Of a DNA stretch of 64,000 nt, positions 20,745 to 31,758 are shown piece after piece. Source of the DNA: an uncultured delta proteobacterium (GTDB lineage Bacteria; Myxococcota_A; UBA9160; SZUA-336); assembly GCA_963704165.1 (NCBI GenBank), contig CAVPHD010000001.1, forward strand, positions 128,001 to 192,000, written 5' to 3'. A model generated the notes under the pieces. It was given only the letters and a program-made list of their open reading frames with translations. It ran no database searches and was not told where the DNA came from. Position 1 is the first letter of the stretch. Every line of letters begins with the position of its first letter. A program made the position numbers and the translations under genes.

Positions 20745-21662
20745 TCAGCGCTTGAGGGAGCGGAAGCTCTCCTTCAATCCAAAGAGCGGGCGGAAGCCGG
20801 TTTCGCGAACGAAGCGCTCACCGGCGATCGTGCACGGGTACTTGATGTAGTCGATCGCGCCGGGCGGGATGCGCACGAGGCCGAGCGGGAAGAGCCGTCG
20901 GATCAGCTGTCGCGCCAGAGGCTCGGGCAGAGGGAGCGCCCGACCCCCGGTCTCGTGGATCGCCACGCGCAGGGGGACCTCTCCCGGACCCGTCACGTTG
21001 TAGGCACCGCGCAGTCCGCGCTCGAGCGCGAGCGCGGTCGCCTCGACCTGATCCTCCTCGTGCATGAACTGGAGCATCGGGTTGAATCCCATCATCACGA
21101 CCACGCGGCCCTGGCGGAGGTAGTTCACGATCGAGTTGTCGCTGTAGTAGCCGAGCGTCGGCACCGGGCGCAGGATCGAGGTGCGGATGTCCGGGTACTG
21201 CCACATGAACGAGGTCGTGAGCGCGTCCACCTCGACCAGATCGCGGATCTCGGGGTAGTTCCGCCCGGCGAGCAGGGGGTGCTCCTCGGACATGAAGCTC
21301 GGGTTCTCGGGAAGCGCCCCGTAGACGTAGCTCGTGGACAACACGACCAGCTTCTTCACCCCGTAGGTCCGGCAGTGATCGAGGAGCTTGCGCGTGCCTC
21401 GCACGTTGACGTCGAAGCGCGCGGTCTCGGACCCGCGGAAATGACGCACGAAGCCAAGGTGTACGACCGAGTCGGGCTGCTCCTTGCGCATCACGTCCTC
21501 GAAGGCGCGCGTGCGAACGTCGAGCTTGTAGAAGGGGGCTCCGGCCGGGCGGCGCTCCCAGTCCTCGCTGTCGACGCCGATCACGCGTTGGTCCCTGGAG
21601 AGCCGCCGGGCGAGCAGACGACCCTGCCCGCGCGCAACTCCGACGATCAGCACCTTCTCCAC
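20745..21662 (-). CDS. NAD-dependent epimerase/dehydratase (extended SDR)
   Basis: VLIVGVARGQG, VVHLG, NVRGT, LSTSYVYGA, QFMHEED; GTG start at 21662. Confidence 0.85.
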   Translation of the reverse strand: MEKVLIVGVARGQGRLLARRLSRDQRVIGVDSEDWERRPAGAPFYKLDVRTRAFEDVMRKEQPDSVVHLGFVRHFRGSETARFDVNVRGTRKLLDHCRTYGVKKLVVLSTSYVYGALPENPSFMSEEHPLLAGRNYPEIRDLVEVDALTTSFMWQYPDIRTSILRPVPTLGYYSDNSIVNYLRQGRVVVMMGFNPMLQFMHEEDQVEATALALERGLRGAYNVTGPGEVPLRVAIHETGGRALPLPEPLARQLIRRLFPLGLVRIPPGAIDYIKYPCTIAGERFVRETGFRPLFGLKESFRSLKR

Positions 21663-21713
21663 GTCGATGTCCTTCGCAGCGCGGTCGGCCGTGTATGGTA
21701 TAAGAAGGCGCGA

Positions 21714-22418
21714 ATGGACACGAACTCGAAGTTCGAGGCCATCCGCATCCCCGCGATGCCGGATGCCACAGTGAGCGGCGTCGTGGCGACCCCGAAATGG
21801 TGGCCCAGTGGCCAGCGAATCGGCCTGGTGATCGGGCACGATGTCGTCGGCGGCATGGACGAGCCGAATCTCGTCGCGCTGCAGCAGGCGCTGGCCGAGG
21901 CCGGGCATCTCGTGCTGCGTTTCAATTTCCCCTTCGCGGAGCAGAAGAAGAAGCGCCCGGATGCACCTGCGATCCTCGACCGCACCTTCAAATCCGCGGT
22001 CGCCGCCGTTCTCGCCGATCCCGAGAACGCTCCGGTGCGGATCCTGGTAGGTGGAATCGGGCTCGGTGCGCGCGTCGCGACACGCGCGACCGCACAGGGG
22101 CTGAAGGTCGATGGCGCGTTTTCGCTCGGCTTTCCCCTGCACCCGTCGGGCAAACCGGGGCTGCAGGACGTCGACTACATGTACCGGATCATCTGCCCCA
22201 TGCTTTTCGTGCAGGGTGCCCGCGATTCGCACTGCAGAATCGACCGGCTCGAGGAGCTGCTTCGCCGGCTCGGCGCGCCGACCCGGCTGCACGTGGTCGC
22301 GGATTGCGGATCCGGGATCGAGCCGATCAAGCGCAACGGGCGCACGCCGGAGGACGTCCGAACGGAGGTGCTCGCGCAGATCGATCTCTTCGTGCAAGAG
22401 GTCATCCGGCGCGGCTGA
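21714..22418 (+). CDS. Alpha/beta hydrolase-fold protein (KANL3/Tex30-like), catalytic residues apparently lost
   Basis: LRFNFPF..KKRPD, LGFPLHP, PMLFVQGARD; the nucleophile elbow reads GGIGLG. Confidence 0.75.
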   Translation: MDTNSKFEAIRIPAMPDATVSGVVATPKWWPSGQRIGLVIGHDVVGGMDEPNLVALQQALAEAGHLVLRFNFPFAEQKKKRPDAPAILDRTFKSAVAAVLADPENAPVRILVGGIGLGARVATRATAQGLKVDGAFSLGFPLHPSGKPGLQDVDYMYRIICPMLFVQGARDSHCRIDRLEELLRRLGAPTRLHVVADCGSGIEPIKRNGRTPEDVRTEVLAQIDLFVQEVIRRG

Positions 22419-22432
22419 GCTAGCCTTGGCGC

Positions 22433-22975
22433 GTGGCTGATTCCGACGAGCCCGCGCGCGACCCCGCACTTTCCGTCCTGTTTCACGCCGAGCGCCGATT
22501 GGCCGCACGACTCCAGGGCGTGATCCGCTTCGATCCGCAGATCTACCGCGAGATCCAAGGCGATGCCCATGCGATCCCCCAGGCGATCGCGTGCGTCATC
22601 GCCACGTCGGTGCTCGCCGGGCTCGGACGAAGCTCGCTGCCGGTGATCTTCCTCTTCACCGCGCTCGCGATGATGCAGTGGCTGATCGTCACCGCGCTGA
22701 TCTGGACCGTCGGCCGGTTCGCAGTCGAGGGTGGCGCCGATTATGCGCGGCTGCTGCGCTGCACCGGCTTCGCCTACGTCTGGTTCGCGCTGCTCGTCGG
22801 CTACAGCCTGCCGTTGATCGGGCCGCTCTTCGCCTGGGCGGGCGTTCTGCTCTCGCTCGCCTCCCTCGTGATCGCGACGCGAGAGGTGCTCGAGACGGAT
22901 GGCCCGCGGGCGTTCGCAATCTGCGTCGTCGCGCTCGGTCTGCCGGTGACGGCGCTCTTCTGGCTCGCGAGCTGA
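22433..22975 (+). CDS. YIP1-like small integral membrane protein
   Basis: About 5 TM segments; YARLLRCTGFA. Confidence 0.6.
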   Translation: MADSDEPARDPALSVLFHAERRLAARLQGVIRFDPQIYREIQGDAHAIPQAIACVIATSVLAGLGRSSLPVIFLFTALAMMQWLIVTALIWTVGRFAVEGGADYARLLRCTGFAYVWFALLVGYSLPLIGPLFAWAGVLLSLASLVIATREVLETDGPRAFAICVVALGLPVTALFWLAS

Positions 22976-22976
22976 C

Positions 22977-24494
22977 TCAGGACAGAGCGAACACGTTCGG
23001 AGCGGTCGCGCTTCCTGCCGTCACGCGCCCGCGCGCCCCGACGCCCTCGACCTCGAGCAAGAGCCGGAGCAGCGCCTCGCTCTTCTCTCCGATGGCGACG
23101 CTGCGCCTGCCATCCGGCAGACGAAGATAGATCATGCTCTGCTCGGGTCGTCCTTCGCGATCGAACTTGACGGTGTAGCTCTCGATCTCGGCCGGACCCT
23201 GGGGTGCATCGACGAGCTCCGGTCCCTCGAGCCGATCCTTGGGCAGCGCGACCTTCGACGAGCGGCGATCGGCCGCTTCGATTCGCGCCCGGTCCGTCGA
23301 GAGCACGGCGATCGCGTGCTTGGTCGCGCTCATGCCGAGTCCCGAGACCCAGCCGACCTTCCCCACGCCCTCGCGCAAGCGGAGGAAGAGATTGGCCAGC
23401 CCGTGCATCGCGTAGTTGTTGCCCGGCCCACCGTGATGAGCGAGCCCGCCGGTCTGGGTCAGGGATCGCGGCTCGCTGGTTTCGAGTCCGAGCGCGTCGA
23501 GTGCGAACTCGATCGCGCACGGGAAACAGCTGTACAGATCGAAGAGATCGACGTCGGAAACGCCAAGCGAAGCATGCTCCTGCGCCGCGCTCGCTGCGGC
23601 CGCGTAGGCGGGGCTCGACGCGAGATCGACGCGTTCGGCGGCGCTCCAACCGTCCTGCGCCGACGCGCCGCCGAGGAAGTGGACGCGGCCCTCGGGCGGA
23701 ATTCCGAGCCGGTCGGCCGCGGACTCGGACATCACGATCGCAGCCGCGCCCTGATCGACCTCCATGATGGCGTTCATGAGCTTCGGGTACGGAAATCCGA
23801 TCCAGCGATTGCGCTCGTCGACGCGCGCGATCTCTTCGGCCGTGCGCGGCTCGGGAAACCACGAGAACGGATTCCGCGCGGCGACCTTCGAGTAGCGGAC
23901 CATGAGCTCCGCCACGTGACGCTGATGGGCCTCGATCGTACGGCCGGCGCGCGCGCGCAGGGCGTTCTCGTAGACGGGGTACATGTCGACCGGGCCGCGC
24001 ACGCCGTGACGCTGCTCGAGCGCATTGGCGAACGGCTTCATCGTCAGCATGAAGTTCGGCATGCGGTTGCCGCCCGGCGTCCAGCCCGAGAGCTCGATGC
24101 CTTCCTTGCGCGCCCGGCTGCGGCTGTACACGGCCTCGGCACCGACGAGGAGCGCGATCTCGATCTCGCCGGCCGCGATTTGATTCGCGACCTGATTCAG
24201 GAGCAGGATCGGACCCTCGCCCCCGCCGGGGAGCTCTTCCGACGCGCGCGGCTTGGTGCCAGCGAGTTCGGCCACGCGGGCCGGCAGATCGTCGTAGGCC
24301 CAGGCCATCGGCGGTATCGCGCCGACGAAGTCCGCCTCGCGCACGAGCTCGGGTCGGCCCGCATCGGCCGCCGCGCGCTCGATCGCGATCGCCATGAGTC
24401 GCGCCGGCTCGAGTGGATTCCAGTCCGCGCAGTCGAGCCCCGGGCGGTTGCGCACCTGCCCGACGCCGACGACGACGGCTCGCTCGTTTGACAT
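22977..24494 (-). CDS. Thiolase-like protein (acetyl-CoA acetyltransferase family) with extra C-terminal domain
   Basis: VVGVGQ, LVGAEA, VDQGAA, DLYSCFP, TGGLAHHGGPGNNY. Confidence 0.85.
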   Translation of the reverse strand: MSNERAVVVGVGQVRNRPGLDCADWNPLEPARLMAIAIERAAADAGRPELVREADFVGAIPPMAWAYDDLPARVAELAGTKPRASEELPGGGEGPILLLNQVANQIAAGEIEIALLVGAEAVYSRSRARKEGIELSGWTPGGNRMPNFMLTMKPFANALEQRHGVRGPVDMYPVYENALRARAGRTIEAHQRHVAELMVRYSKVAARNPFSWFPEPRTAEEIARVDERNRWIGFPYPKLMNAIMEVDQGAAAIVMSESAADRLGIPPEGRVHFLGGASAQDGWSAAERVDLASSPAYAAAASAAQEHASLGVSDVDLFDLYSCFPCAIEFALDALGLETSEPRSLTQTGGLAHHGGPGNNYAMHGLANLFLRLREGVGKVGWVSGLGMSATKHAIAVLSTDRARIEAADRRSSKVALPKDRLEGPELVDAPQGPAEIESYTVKFDREGRPEQSMIYLRLPDGRRSVAIGEKSEALLRLLLEVEGVGARGRVTAGSATAPNVFALS

Positions 24495-24524
24495 GCCCCG
24501 CCCTCCGGCGGCAGCTTACTAAAG

Positions 24525-25205
24525 ATGAACGACGAGATGTACCTCGAGCAGATCGCGTGCGGACCGATGCAGAACTTCGTGTACGCGATCGGCTCGCGCA
24601 CGACGCGCGAAGTGGTGCTCGTCGATCCGGCGTGGGCGATCGAGCCGCTCGTCGCGCACGTTCGCGAGCAAGGCTTCGAGCCCATCGCCGCACTCGTCAC
24701 GCACTACCACCCCGACCACGTCGGCGGATCGTTCTCGGGTCAACGCATCGAGGGCTTGCGGGAGCTGCTCGAACGGAAGGGCATGAAGATCTATGCGAAT
24801 CGGCTCGAGGCTGCGGGGCTGGTCAAGGTGACCGGCATCTCCGACTCGGACATCGTGAAGGTCGATAGCGGCGACACGCTGAAGGTCGGGAACGTCGAGA
24901 TCGACTTCCTGCACACGCCCGGCCATACCCCGGGCTCGCAGTGCTTCCTGGTGCGCGACGCCCTGGTCTCGGGCGACACGCTCTTCATCCAGGGCTGCGG
25001 CCGCGTCGATCTGCCCGGCTCCGACCCCGACGAGATGTACGCGAGCCTCCACAAGCTCGCCTCGCTGCCGGACGACATGGTTCTCTACCCGGGGCACGAC
25101 TACGGCGGCGGCGCGCACCGCACCATGGCGGAGACGAAGCGCATGAACGCGTACCTCCGCATCCCGAACCTCGAGACCTGGCGCGAGGTCATGGGCTCGG
25201 GCTAG
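24525..25205 (+). CDS. MBL-fold metallo-hydrolase (glyoxalase II-like)
   Basis: THYHPDH, TPGHTPGS, SGDTLF, GCGR, YPGH. Confidence 0.9.
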   Translation: MNDEMYLEQIACGPMQNFVYAIGSRTTREVVLVDPAWAIEPLVAHVREQGFEPIAALVTHYHPDHVGGSFSGQRIEGLRELLERKGMKIYANRLEAAGLVKVTGISDSDIVKVDSGDTLKVGNVEIDFLHTPGHTPGSQCFLVRDALVSGDTLFIQGCGRVDLPGSDPDEMYASLHKLASLPDDMVLYPGHDYGGGAHRTMAETKRMNAYLRIPNLETWREVMGSG

Positions 25206-25337
25206 GCGTCCGGCTCGGGACTCCGGTCCCTGAAACAAGACGCTGCACCCGGTTGAAACGCGCCGACCCGTAACGTAGAGTGCGCGCCGAATCCCCCGCG
25301 CGCGCAAACGCACGCCATTGCACGGAGATCCGCCTTC

Positions 25338-26117
25338 ATGAAGATCCTCGTCTGCTTGAAGCAGGTGCCTCACAAGGACGCACGGCTCGAGCTCGCCTCC
25401 GATGGGAGCTGGATCCAGGAGTCGAACATCAAGTTCGAAATCAACGACTACGACACCTACGCGCTCGAAGAGGCGCTGCGGATCAAGGACAAGGACGCAG
25501 CTTCCGAGGTGATCGTGCTCTCGATCGGCCCGGACCGCGTGCAGCAGTCGCTGCGCACGGCTCTCGGCATGGGCGCGGATCGCGCAATCCAGATCTGGGA
25601 CGACGGACTCGCGCACGCCGACTCACTCGCGATCGCGAAGTCGATCGCCGCGGTGGCCAAGGCCGAGAGCTGCGACCTCGTGCTCCTCGGTCTGATGGCG
25701 GACGACACGAACTTCGCTCTGACCGGCCCGATGGTGGCGGAACTGCTCGACGTCCCGCACGCGACCGGGATCGTCTCTGCGAAGTTCGACGGCGCGCAGG
25801 TCGAAGTCGAGCGCGAGCTCGAGGGTGGCGCGCTCGAAGTCGTGAAGCTTCCCCTGCCCTGCCTGCTCACGGCGCAGACCGGCATGAACGACGTCCGCTA
25901 CGCCTCGCTCAAGGGCATCATGCAGGCGAAGAAGAAGCCGCTCGACAAGAAGTCGCTCGCGGACATCGGACTCGAGGCCGGTGCGGTCGCTGCGAAGGTG
26001 AAGGTCGAGAAGATCTTCTCGCCGCCCAAGGGCGGAGGCGCCGAGATCCTGTCGGGTTCGAAGGACGAGATCGCGAGCAAGTTCGTCGGCAAGGTCAAGG
26101 AGCTGGGGCTCCTCTGA
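25338..26117 (+). CDS. etfB: Electron transfer flavoprotein beta subunit
   Basis: MKILVCLKQVP, ALEEALR, ALGMGADRA, RYASLKGIMQAKKK. Confidence 0.95.
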   Translation: MKILVCLKQVPHKDARLELASDGSWIQESNIKFEINDYDTYALEEALRIKDKDAASEVIVLSIGPDRVQQSLRTALGMGADRAIQIWDDGLAHADSLAIAKSIAAVAKAESCDLVLLGLMADDTNFALTGPMVAELLDVPHATGIVSAKFDGAQVEVERELEGGALEVVKLPLPCLLTAQTGMNDVRYASLKGIMQAKKKPLDKKSLADIGLEAGAVAAKVKVEKIFSPPKGGGAEILSGSKDEIASKFVGKVKELGLL

Positions 26118-26144
26118 GCCGCAGCGCGAGCTGGAGATATAGCG

Positions 26145-27107
26145 ATGGCAAAGACACTGATCGTCGGCGAAATCCAGAAGGGGAACTTGCGCGAGTCCAC
26201 GCTCGAGCTGGTGGCGATCGCGCGCAAACGAGGCGGCGACGTCGCCTCGCTCGTGATCGGCAGCGGCGTCGGAGCTGCGGCCGAGGCGCTGTCCAAGAAA
26301 GGCGGCGGGAAGGTGCTGGTCGCCGACGACGCGTCTCTCTCGAACTACACCGCCGACGGGTACGTGCGCGCGATCCGCAAGGCGATCGACGCCGAGAAGC
26401 CCGACCTGATCCTGATCTCGAACACGCCGATCGGCTGGGACGTCGGAGGCAAGCTCGCGGCCCAGCTCGACTGCGGAATCGCGAGCGACGTGATCCGGAT
26501 CGAGCCGGATGGCGATGATCTGGTCTTCGTGCGCCGAATGTTCAACGCGAAGTTCGACGCGCGGCTTCGGGTTTCGGGCTCGCCCCGGATCGCGACCGTG
26601 CAGCCCGGCGCGTGCGAAGCGCACGCCGGATCCGAGCCGGGAAGCGTCGTCGCGCTCGACGGGGTCGGCGGCGATTCGCGTTCGAAGTTCGTCGAGGTGC
26701 GCGTGGCGCCCGCCGGCGGGCACGATCTGACCAAGGCCGAGATCATCGTCTCGGGCGGTCGCGGGCTGCAGAAGCCCGAGAACTTCGAGAGCGTGCTCAA
26801 GCCCCTCGTCGATGCCCTCGGCGGGCAGATGGGCGCATCGCGGCCCGTCGTCGACGCCGGTTGGCTGCCGCACGAGTACCAAGTGGGCAGCTCCGGTCAA
26901 GTCGTCGCTCCCAAGCTCTACGTCGCGGTCGGCATCTCGGGCGCGATCCAGCACCTGGTCGGGATGAAGAACTCGAACTTCATCGTCGCGATCAACAAGG
27001 ATCCCGACGCTCCGATCTTCGAGGTCGCCGACGTCGGCATCGTCGGCGATCTCTTCGAGGTCGTCCCCGCGCTCGCGGCTGCGCTGAAGACCGCCAAGGG
27101 CGGCTGA
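26145..27107 (+). CDS. etfA: Electron transfer flavoprotein alpha subunit
   Basis: [46 protein letters not shown]. Confidence 0.95.
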   Translation: MAKTLIVGEIQKGNLRESTLELVAIARKRGGDVASLVIGSGVGAAAEALSKKGGGKVLVADDASLSNYTADGYVRAIRKAIDAEKPDLILISNTPIGWDVGGKLAAQLDCGIASDVIRIEPDGDDLVFVRRMFNAKFDARLRVSGSPRIATVQPGACEAHAGSEPGSVVALDGVGGDSRSKFVEVRVAPAGGHDLTKAEIIVSGGRGLQKPENFESVLKPLVDALGGQMGASRPVVDAGWLPHEYQVGSSGQVVAPKLYVAVGISGAIQHLVGMKNSNFIVAINKDPDAPIFEVADVGIVGDLFEVVPALAAALKTAKGG

Positions 27108-27119
27108 GAAGAACCTCCG

Positions 27120-28034
27120 TCAGCCCACGCGAAGCGTGGCGACGACGATCTCCCCGGGCGCGCCGACGCGCACGGGGATGAAGCTCACGCCGACCCCGCG
27201 GCCGACGTAGAGCTGTGCGCCGTCGCGCTCGAACCGTCCCGACCAGTAGCCCTCGTGCGTGTGACGCAGCGGGGTGCGGCCGAAGATCAGGATCTGGCCG
27301 CCGTGGGTGTGCCCGGAGAACTGCAGATCGACGCCGACGTCGGCGGCCTCCTCGAAGAAGTCGGGGTGGTGGGCGAGAAGAACGACCGGCTCACCCGGAG
27401 CGCAGCCGTCGAGCGCACGCTCGAGGTCGGGCTTCCCGGCGAGCAGATCGTCGACGCCCGCGAGCCAGAGCGACGAGCCGCCGCGCTCGAGCCGAACACC
27501 GTGGTTCTGCAAGATCACGACGCCCTGCTCTTCGAGCACCGAGCGCCAGAGCCATGGATCTCGCGCCGCGTCGTATTCGTGATTGCCGTAGATCGCGAAG
27601 ATCCCCAGCGGCGGCTGCAAGATCGAGAGGCCCTTTCGCAGGTGCAGGATCTCGTGGTCCCAGTGGTTCACCAGATCGCCGCCGAGGCAGACGAGATCGG
27701 GAGCCTCGGCCGCGACTCGCGCACAGATGTGCATGAAGTCGTCCTCGTCGAGATAGTTCCCGGCGTGGATGTCGGACAGGAACGCGACGCGGAGGCCGTC
27801 GATTCCGACCCCGCCGCGTCCGAGCCGGAAAACCGGACGCGTCACTTCACGGTGTCGCTCCAGCCAGGCCGAGATCCCGCTTCGGACGTCGCCCCGGTAG
27901 AGAGCGCGCGCGAGGATCGCGAGAACGTGCGAGATGAGGACCGAGAGTCCGGGCCACGAACCGGGCCACGCCCAGGCCCTACGGCGCCTGCTCAGATCGC
28001 GTGTCTGCGTCGGCTTCTCGATCTCGTGCGTCAT
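27120..28034 (-). CDS. Metallophosphoesterase (YkuE/YaeI-like)
   Basis: SDIH, GGDL, GNHE, HHPD, GHTHGGQ. Confidence 0.9.
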   Translation of the reverse strand: MTHEIEKPTQTRDLSRRRRAWAWPGSWPGLSVLISHVLAILARALYRGDVRSGISAWLERHREVTRPVFRLGRGGVGIDGLRVAFLSDIHAGNYLDEDDFMHICARVAAEAPDLVCLGGDLVNHWDHEILHLRKGLSILQPPLGIFAIYGNHEYDAARDPWLWRSVLEEQGVVILQNHGVRLERGGSSLWLAGVDDLLAGKPDLERALDGCAPGEPVVLLAHHPDFFEEAADVGVDLQFSGHTHGGQILIFGRTPLRHTHEGYWSGRFERDGAQLYVGRGVGVSFIPVRVGAPGEIVVATLRVG

Positions 28035-29042
28035 TCACCTACACGCATCGCCGGGAACGACGGTCACCTTGATCGCGCCGCTCGTCTTGTCGCCCGCGCA
28101 GCGGAACGCTTCCTCGATCCGATCGAGCCCGAACTGGTGGGTCTGAAGCGGCGCGAGCTCCGCCGCGTAGCGCGGCAGGAGCTCGACGGCGCTCCGGAAC
28201 TGCGAACCGCGCCGACCGGTGCCGTACATGTTCGAGCCCACGAGCTCGAGCTCACGCACGGCGAGGTCGAAGGCCGAGATCTCCGAGCGCTGCGAGAAGA
28301 CCCCGAGCACGACGATCCGGCCGCCGGCGCGACACCACCGCGTGGCGCCGAGCAGCGTCTGCGCGTGCCCGCCCACGGTCTCGATCACGACGTCGGGCCT
28401 CGCGTCCTTCGCCCAGGCCCCTACCTCGTCCTCCGAGAGCGTCACGAGTCCGAGCCTTCGCGCGGCTTCTCGCTGCTGGGGATGCCGAGCGGTGATCGCG
28501 ACTTCGTGCGCGTGGTCGCGCGCGAGCATGCCCGACAGGAGCCCGATCGCGCCGGCCCCGATCACCAGGACGCGGCTGTCGCCGGAGATGCGCGCGAGCG
28601 AGACTCCGCGCACGCAGACCGCGAGCGGCTCCGCGAACGAGGCCACCAGGGTCGACACTGACGGATGTACGGGGTGAAGCGCGTACTCGGGCACGTCGAC
28701 GAAGTCCGCGAGTCCGCCGGAGCGCATCACGCCGATGATCGAGAGCTTTTCGCAGAGCTGTCGATCACCCGAGACGCAGAAATCGCAGACCGTGCAGACG
28801 TGGATCGGTTCGACCGCATAGAGCGCATCGGCGAGACCACGAGGACCCTCGAGAAGTCGGCCCGTGATCTCGTGCCCGGGCGCGATCCCGATCGGTGCCG
28901 GGAGCTCCCGCCGGTGGAAGTGAAGGTCGGTGCCGCAGATCCCGCACGCCTCGACTCGGAGCCGGACCCAATCGGGCGCCAGCGGCGGAGGCACGACCTC
29001 TGCAACCTCGACGCCGTCCCGGGTCCAGCGCGCCAGCCTCAA
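28035..29042 (-). CDS. Zinc-dependent alcohol dehydrogenase (MDR family)
   Basis: ICGTDLH, GHE, structural Zn C-x2-C-x2-C-x7-C, GAGAIG; TTG start. Confidence 0.9.
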   Translation of the reverse strand: MRLARWTRDGVEVAEVVPPPLAPDWVRLRVEACGICGTDLHFHRRELPAPIGIAPGHEITGRLLEGPRGLADALYAVEPIHVCTVCDFCVSGDRQLCEKLSIIGVMRSGGLADFVDVPEYALHPVHPSVSTLVASFAEPLAVCVRGVSLARISGDSRVLVIGAGAIGLLSGMLARDHAHEVAITARHPQQREAARRLGLVTLSEDEVGAWAKDARPDVVIETVGGHAQTLLGATRWCRAGGRIVVLGVFSQRSEISAFDLAVRELELVGSNMYGTGRRGSQFRSAVELLPRYAAELAPLQTHQFGLDRIEEAFRCAGDKTSGAIKVTVVPGDACR

Positions 29043-29049
29043 AGCGCGC

Positions 29050-30339
<1,290 letters not shown>

Positions 30340-30384
30340 CGCGCGGCATGATACACACCTGACCCGGGGAGCGCCGCGCTGGAA

Positions 30385-31113
30385 ATGACCCGAACGAAAC
30401 CGGCGATTCTCGATCGCGCGCTTCCGCTACTCGCGGGAAACCTGCTCCGGGTCGTCGGTGGAACGCTGCGCGTTCGCCACGAAGGCGAAAACCGGCTCGA
30501 CGAGCTGCTCGAAACGGGCCGTCCCGTGATCGTCTACGGCCTGCACGGCCACCTCCTGGTTGGCGCGTGTGACTTGGGGCGACACCGCCCGTACGTGATG
30601 ATCAGTGAGAGCCGCGACGGCGAGCGGATCGCGCGCACCGTCGAGCGGGTCGGATTCCGCCCCATCCGTGGCTCGAGCTCGCGCGGTGGGGTGCGCGCTC
30701 TGCTGCAGACCGTGAGGCTGCTGAAGGGCCCCGTCGTCTGCTGCCACCTCGTCGATGGTCCACGCGGGCCCTACGGCGAGGTGAAGCCCGGACTGATCCT
30801 GATGGCGCAGCGCTCGGGTGCGGCGCTTCTGCCCGTGCTCTACGCGATGCGTTGGAAATTCCGGGTCGGCAGCTGGGACCGGATGCAGATTCCGATGCCG
30901 TTTGGCCGTGTCGTCGCGCGCTTTCTCGCTCCGAGGGATGTGCCGCGAGATCTCACGCCCGAAGCGGCCGAAGCGCTGCGACTCGAGATCGAGCGGGAGC
31001 TTGCGCGCGAAGAGCTCCGGCTCGAAGCCGAGGTCACGGGTCAATCCCCGGACCGCGGCGACCGAAGCGATGCGGGAGCTCCACCGAAGAACCCCACGGA
31101 GGTCGGCCCGTGA
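30385..31113 (+). CDS. Lysophospholipid acyltransferase family protein (DUF374)
   Basis: ISESRDGE, IRGSSSRGG, DGPRGP, SWDRMQIPMPF. Confidence 0.85.
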   Translation: MTRTKPAILDRALPLLAGNLLRVVGGTLRVRHEGENRLDELLETGRPVIVYGLHGHLLVGACDLGRHRPYVMISESRDGERIARTVERVGFRPIRGSSSRGGVRALLQTVRLLKGPVVCCHLVDGPRGPYGEVKPGLILMAQRSGAALLPVLYAMRWKFRVGSWDRMQIPMPFGRVVARFLAPRDVPRDLTPEAAEALRLEIERELAREELRLEAEVTGQSPDRGDRSDAGAPPKNPTEVGP

Positions 31114-31709
31114 ACATGCGCTCGTTCGGATCCGTCATCGCCGCCTGCGCCAGCATCGCCGCGCTCGTCGCCTGCTCTCCGCCCGCGGCCGAGGCGCCGA
31201 CCGACCCGGCCGAGGCACGCAGTGCCGGGCCCGCACAGCCGGGGGCGCCGAACCCGGCGCCGACCCACACGCGTCCGGAGCGGCGCCCGGGTGCGATCGC
31301 GCAGGTCGCGGGGCAATACAAGTACATCGACGAGCGCGGCCGGGTGCAGCTCGCTTCGCGACTCGAGGACATCCCCGAACGACAGCGTTCGACCGCCTCG
31401 AAGATCCAGAGCCCCGAAGCGAGCGGGCGCTCTAGCGCGTCAGGCGGCGACGTCCGCGCCACGCGCGACGTCGACATCACGATCTTCACGACGCGCTCGT
31501 GCGGTTACTGCCGCGCCGCGATGGCGCACTTCGACGAGATCGGGATCGAGTACACCAATCGCGACGTCGAGATGGACGAGGAGGCGCGTGCCGAGTACCT
31601 CGACCTGACCGGCGGACGCCGCGGCGTACCGGTGATCGTCGTCGGTGAGGAATGGATGCAGGGCTGGAGTCGACCGGAGTTCGACCGCCTGCTCGCCTCG
31701 GCCCGGTAG
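31110..31709 (+). CDS. Predicted lipoprotein with DUF4124-like segment and glutaredoxin/NrdH domain
   Basis: Lipobox ALVAC, Pro/Ala linker, YKYIDERGRVQ, CGYC active site, GVPVIVV; GTGA overlap with the upstream gene. Confidence 0.8.
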   Translation: MNMRSFGSVIAACASIAALVACSPPAAEAPTDPAEARSAGPAQPGAPNPAPTHTRPERRPGAIAQVAGQYKYIDERGRVQLASRLEDIPERQRSTASKIQSPEASGRSSASGGDVRATRDVDITIFTTRSCGYCRAAMAHFDEIGIEYTNRDVEMDEEARAEYLDLTGGRRGVPVIVVGEEWMQGWSRPEFDRLLASAR

Positions 31710-31758
31710 ACGTTCCCGGAACCTTCGGTCCGGGGTGCCGGAAGCCGATAGGGAGCGC

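Noticed and set aside
20745..22508. Long N-terminal extensions on called ORFs (also 14593-15936, 35085-36446, 47677-49179, 48303-49877, 51826-53013)
   Set aside because: The extensions overlap neighbouring real genes; family homology and start signals begin at the downstream starts given.
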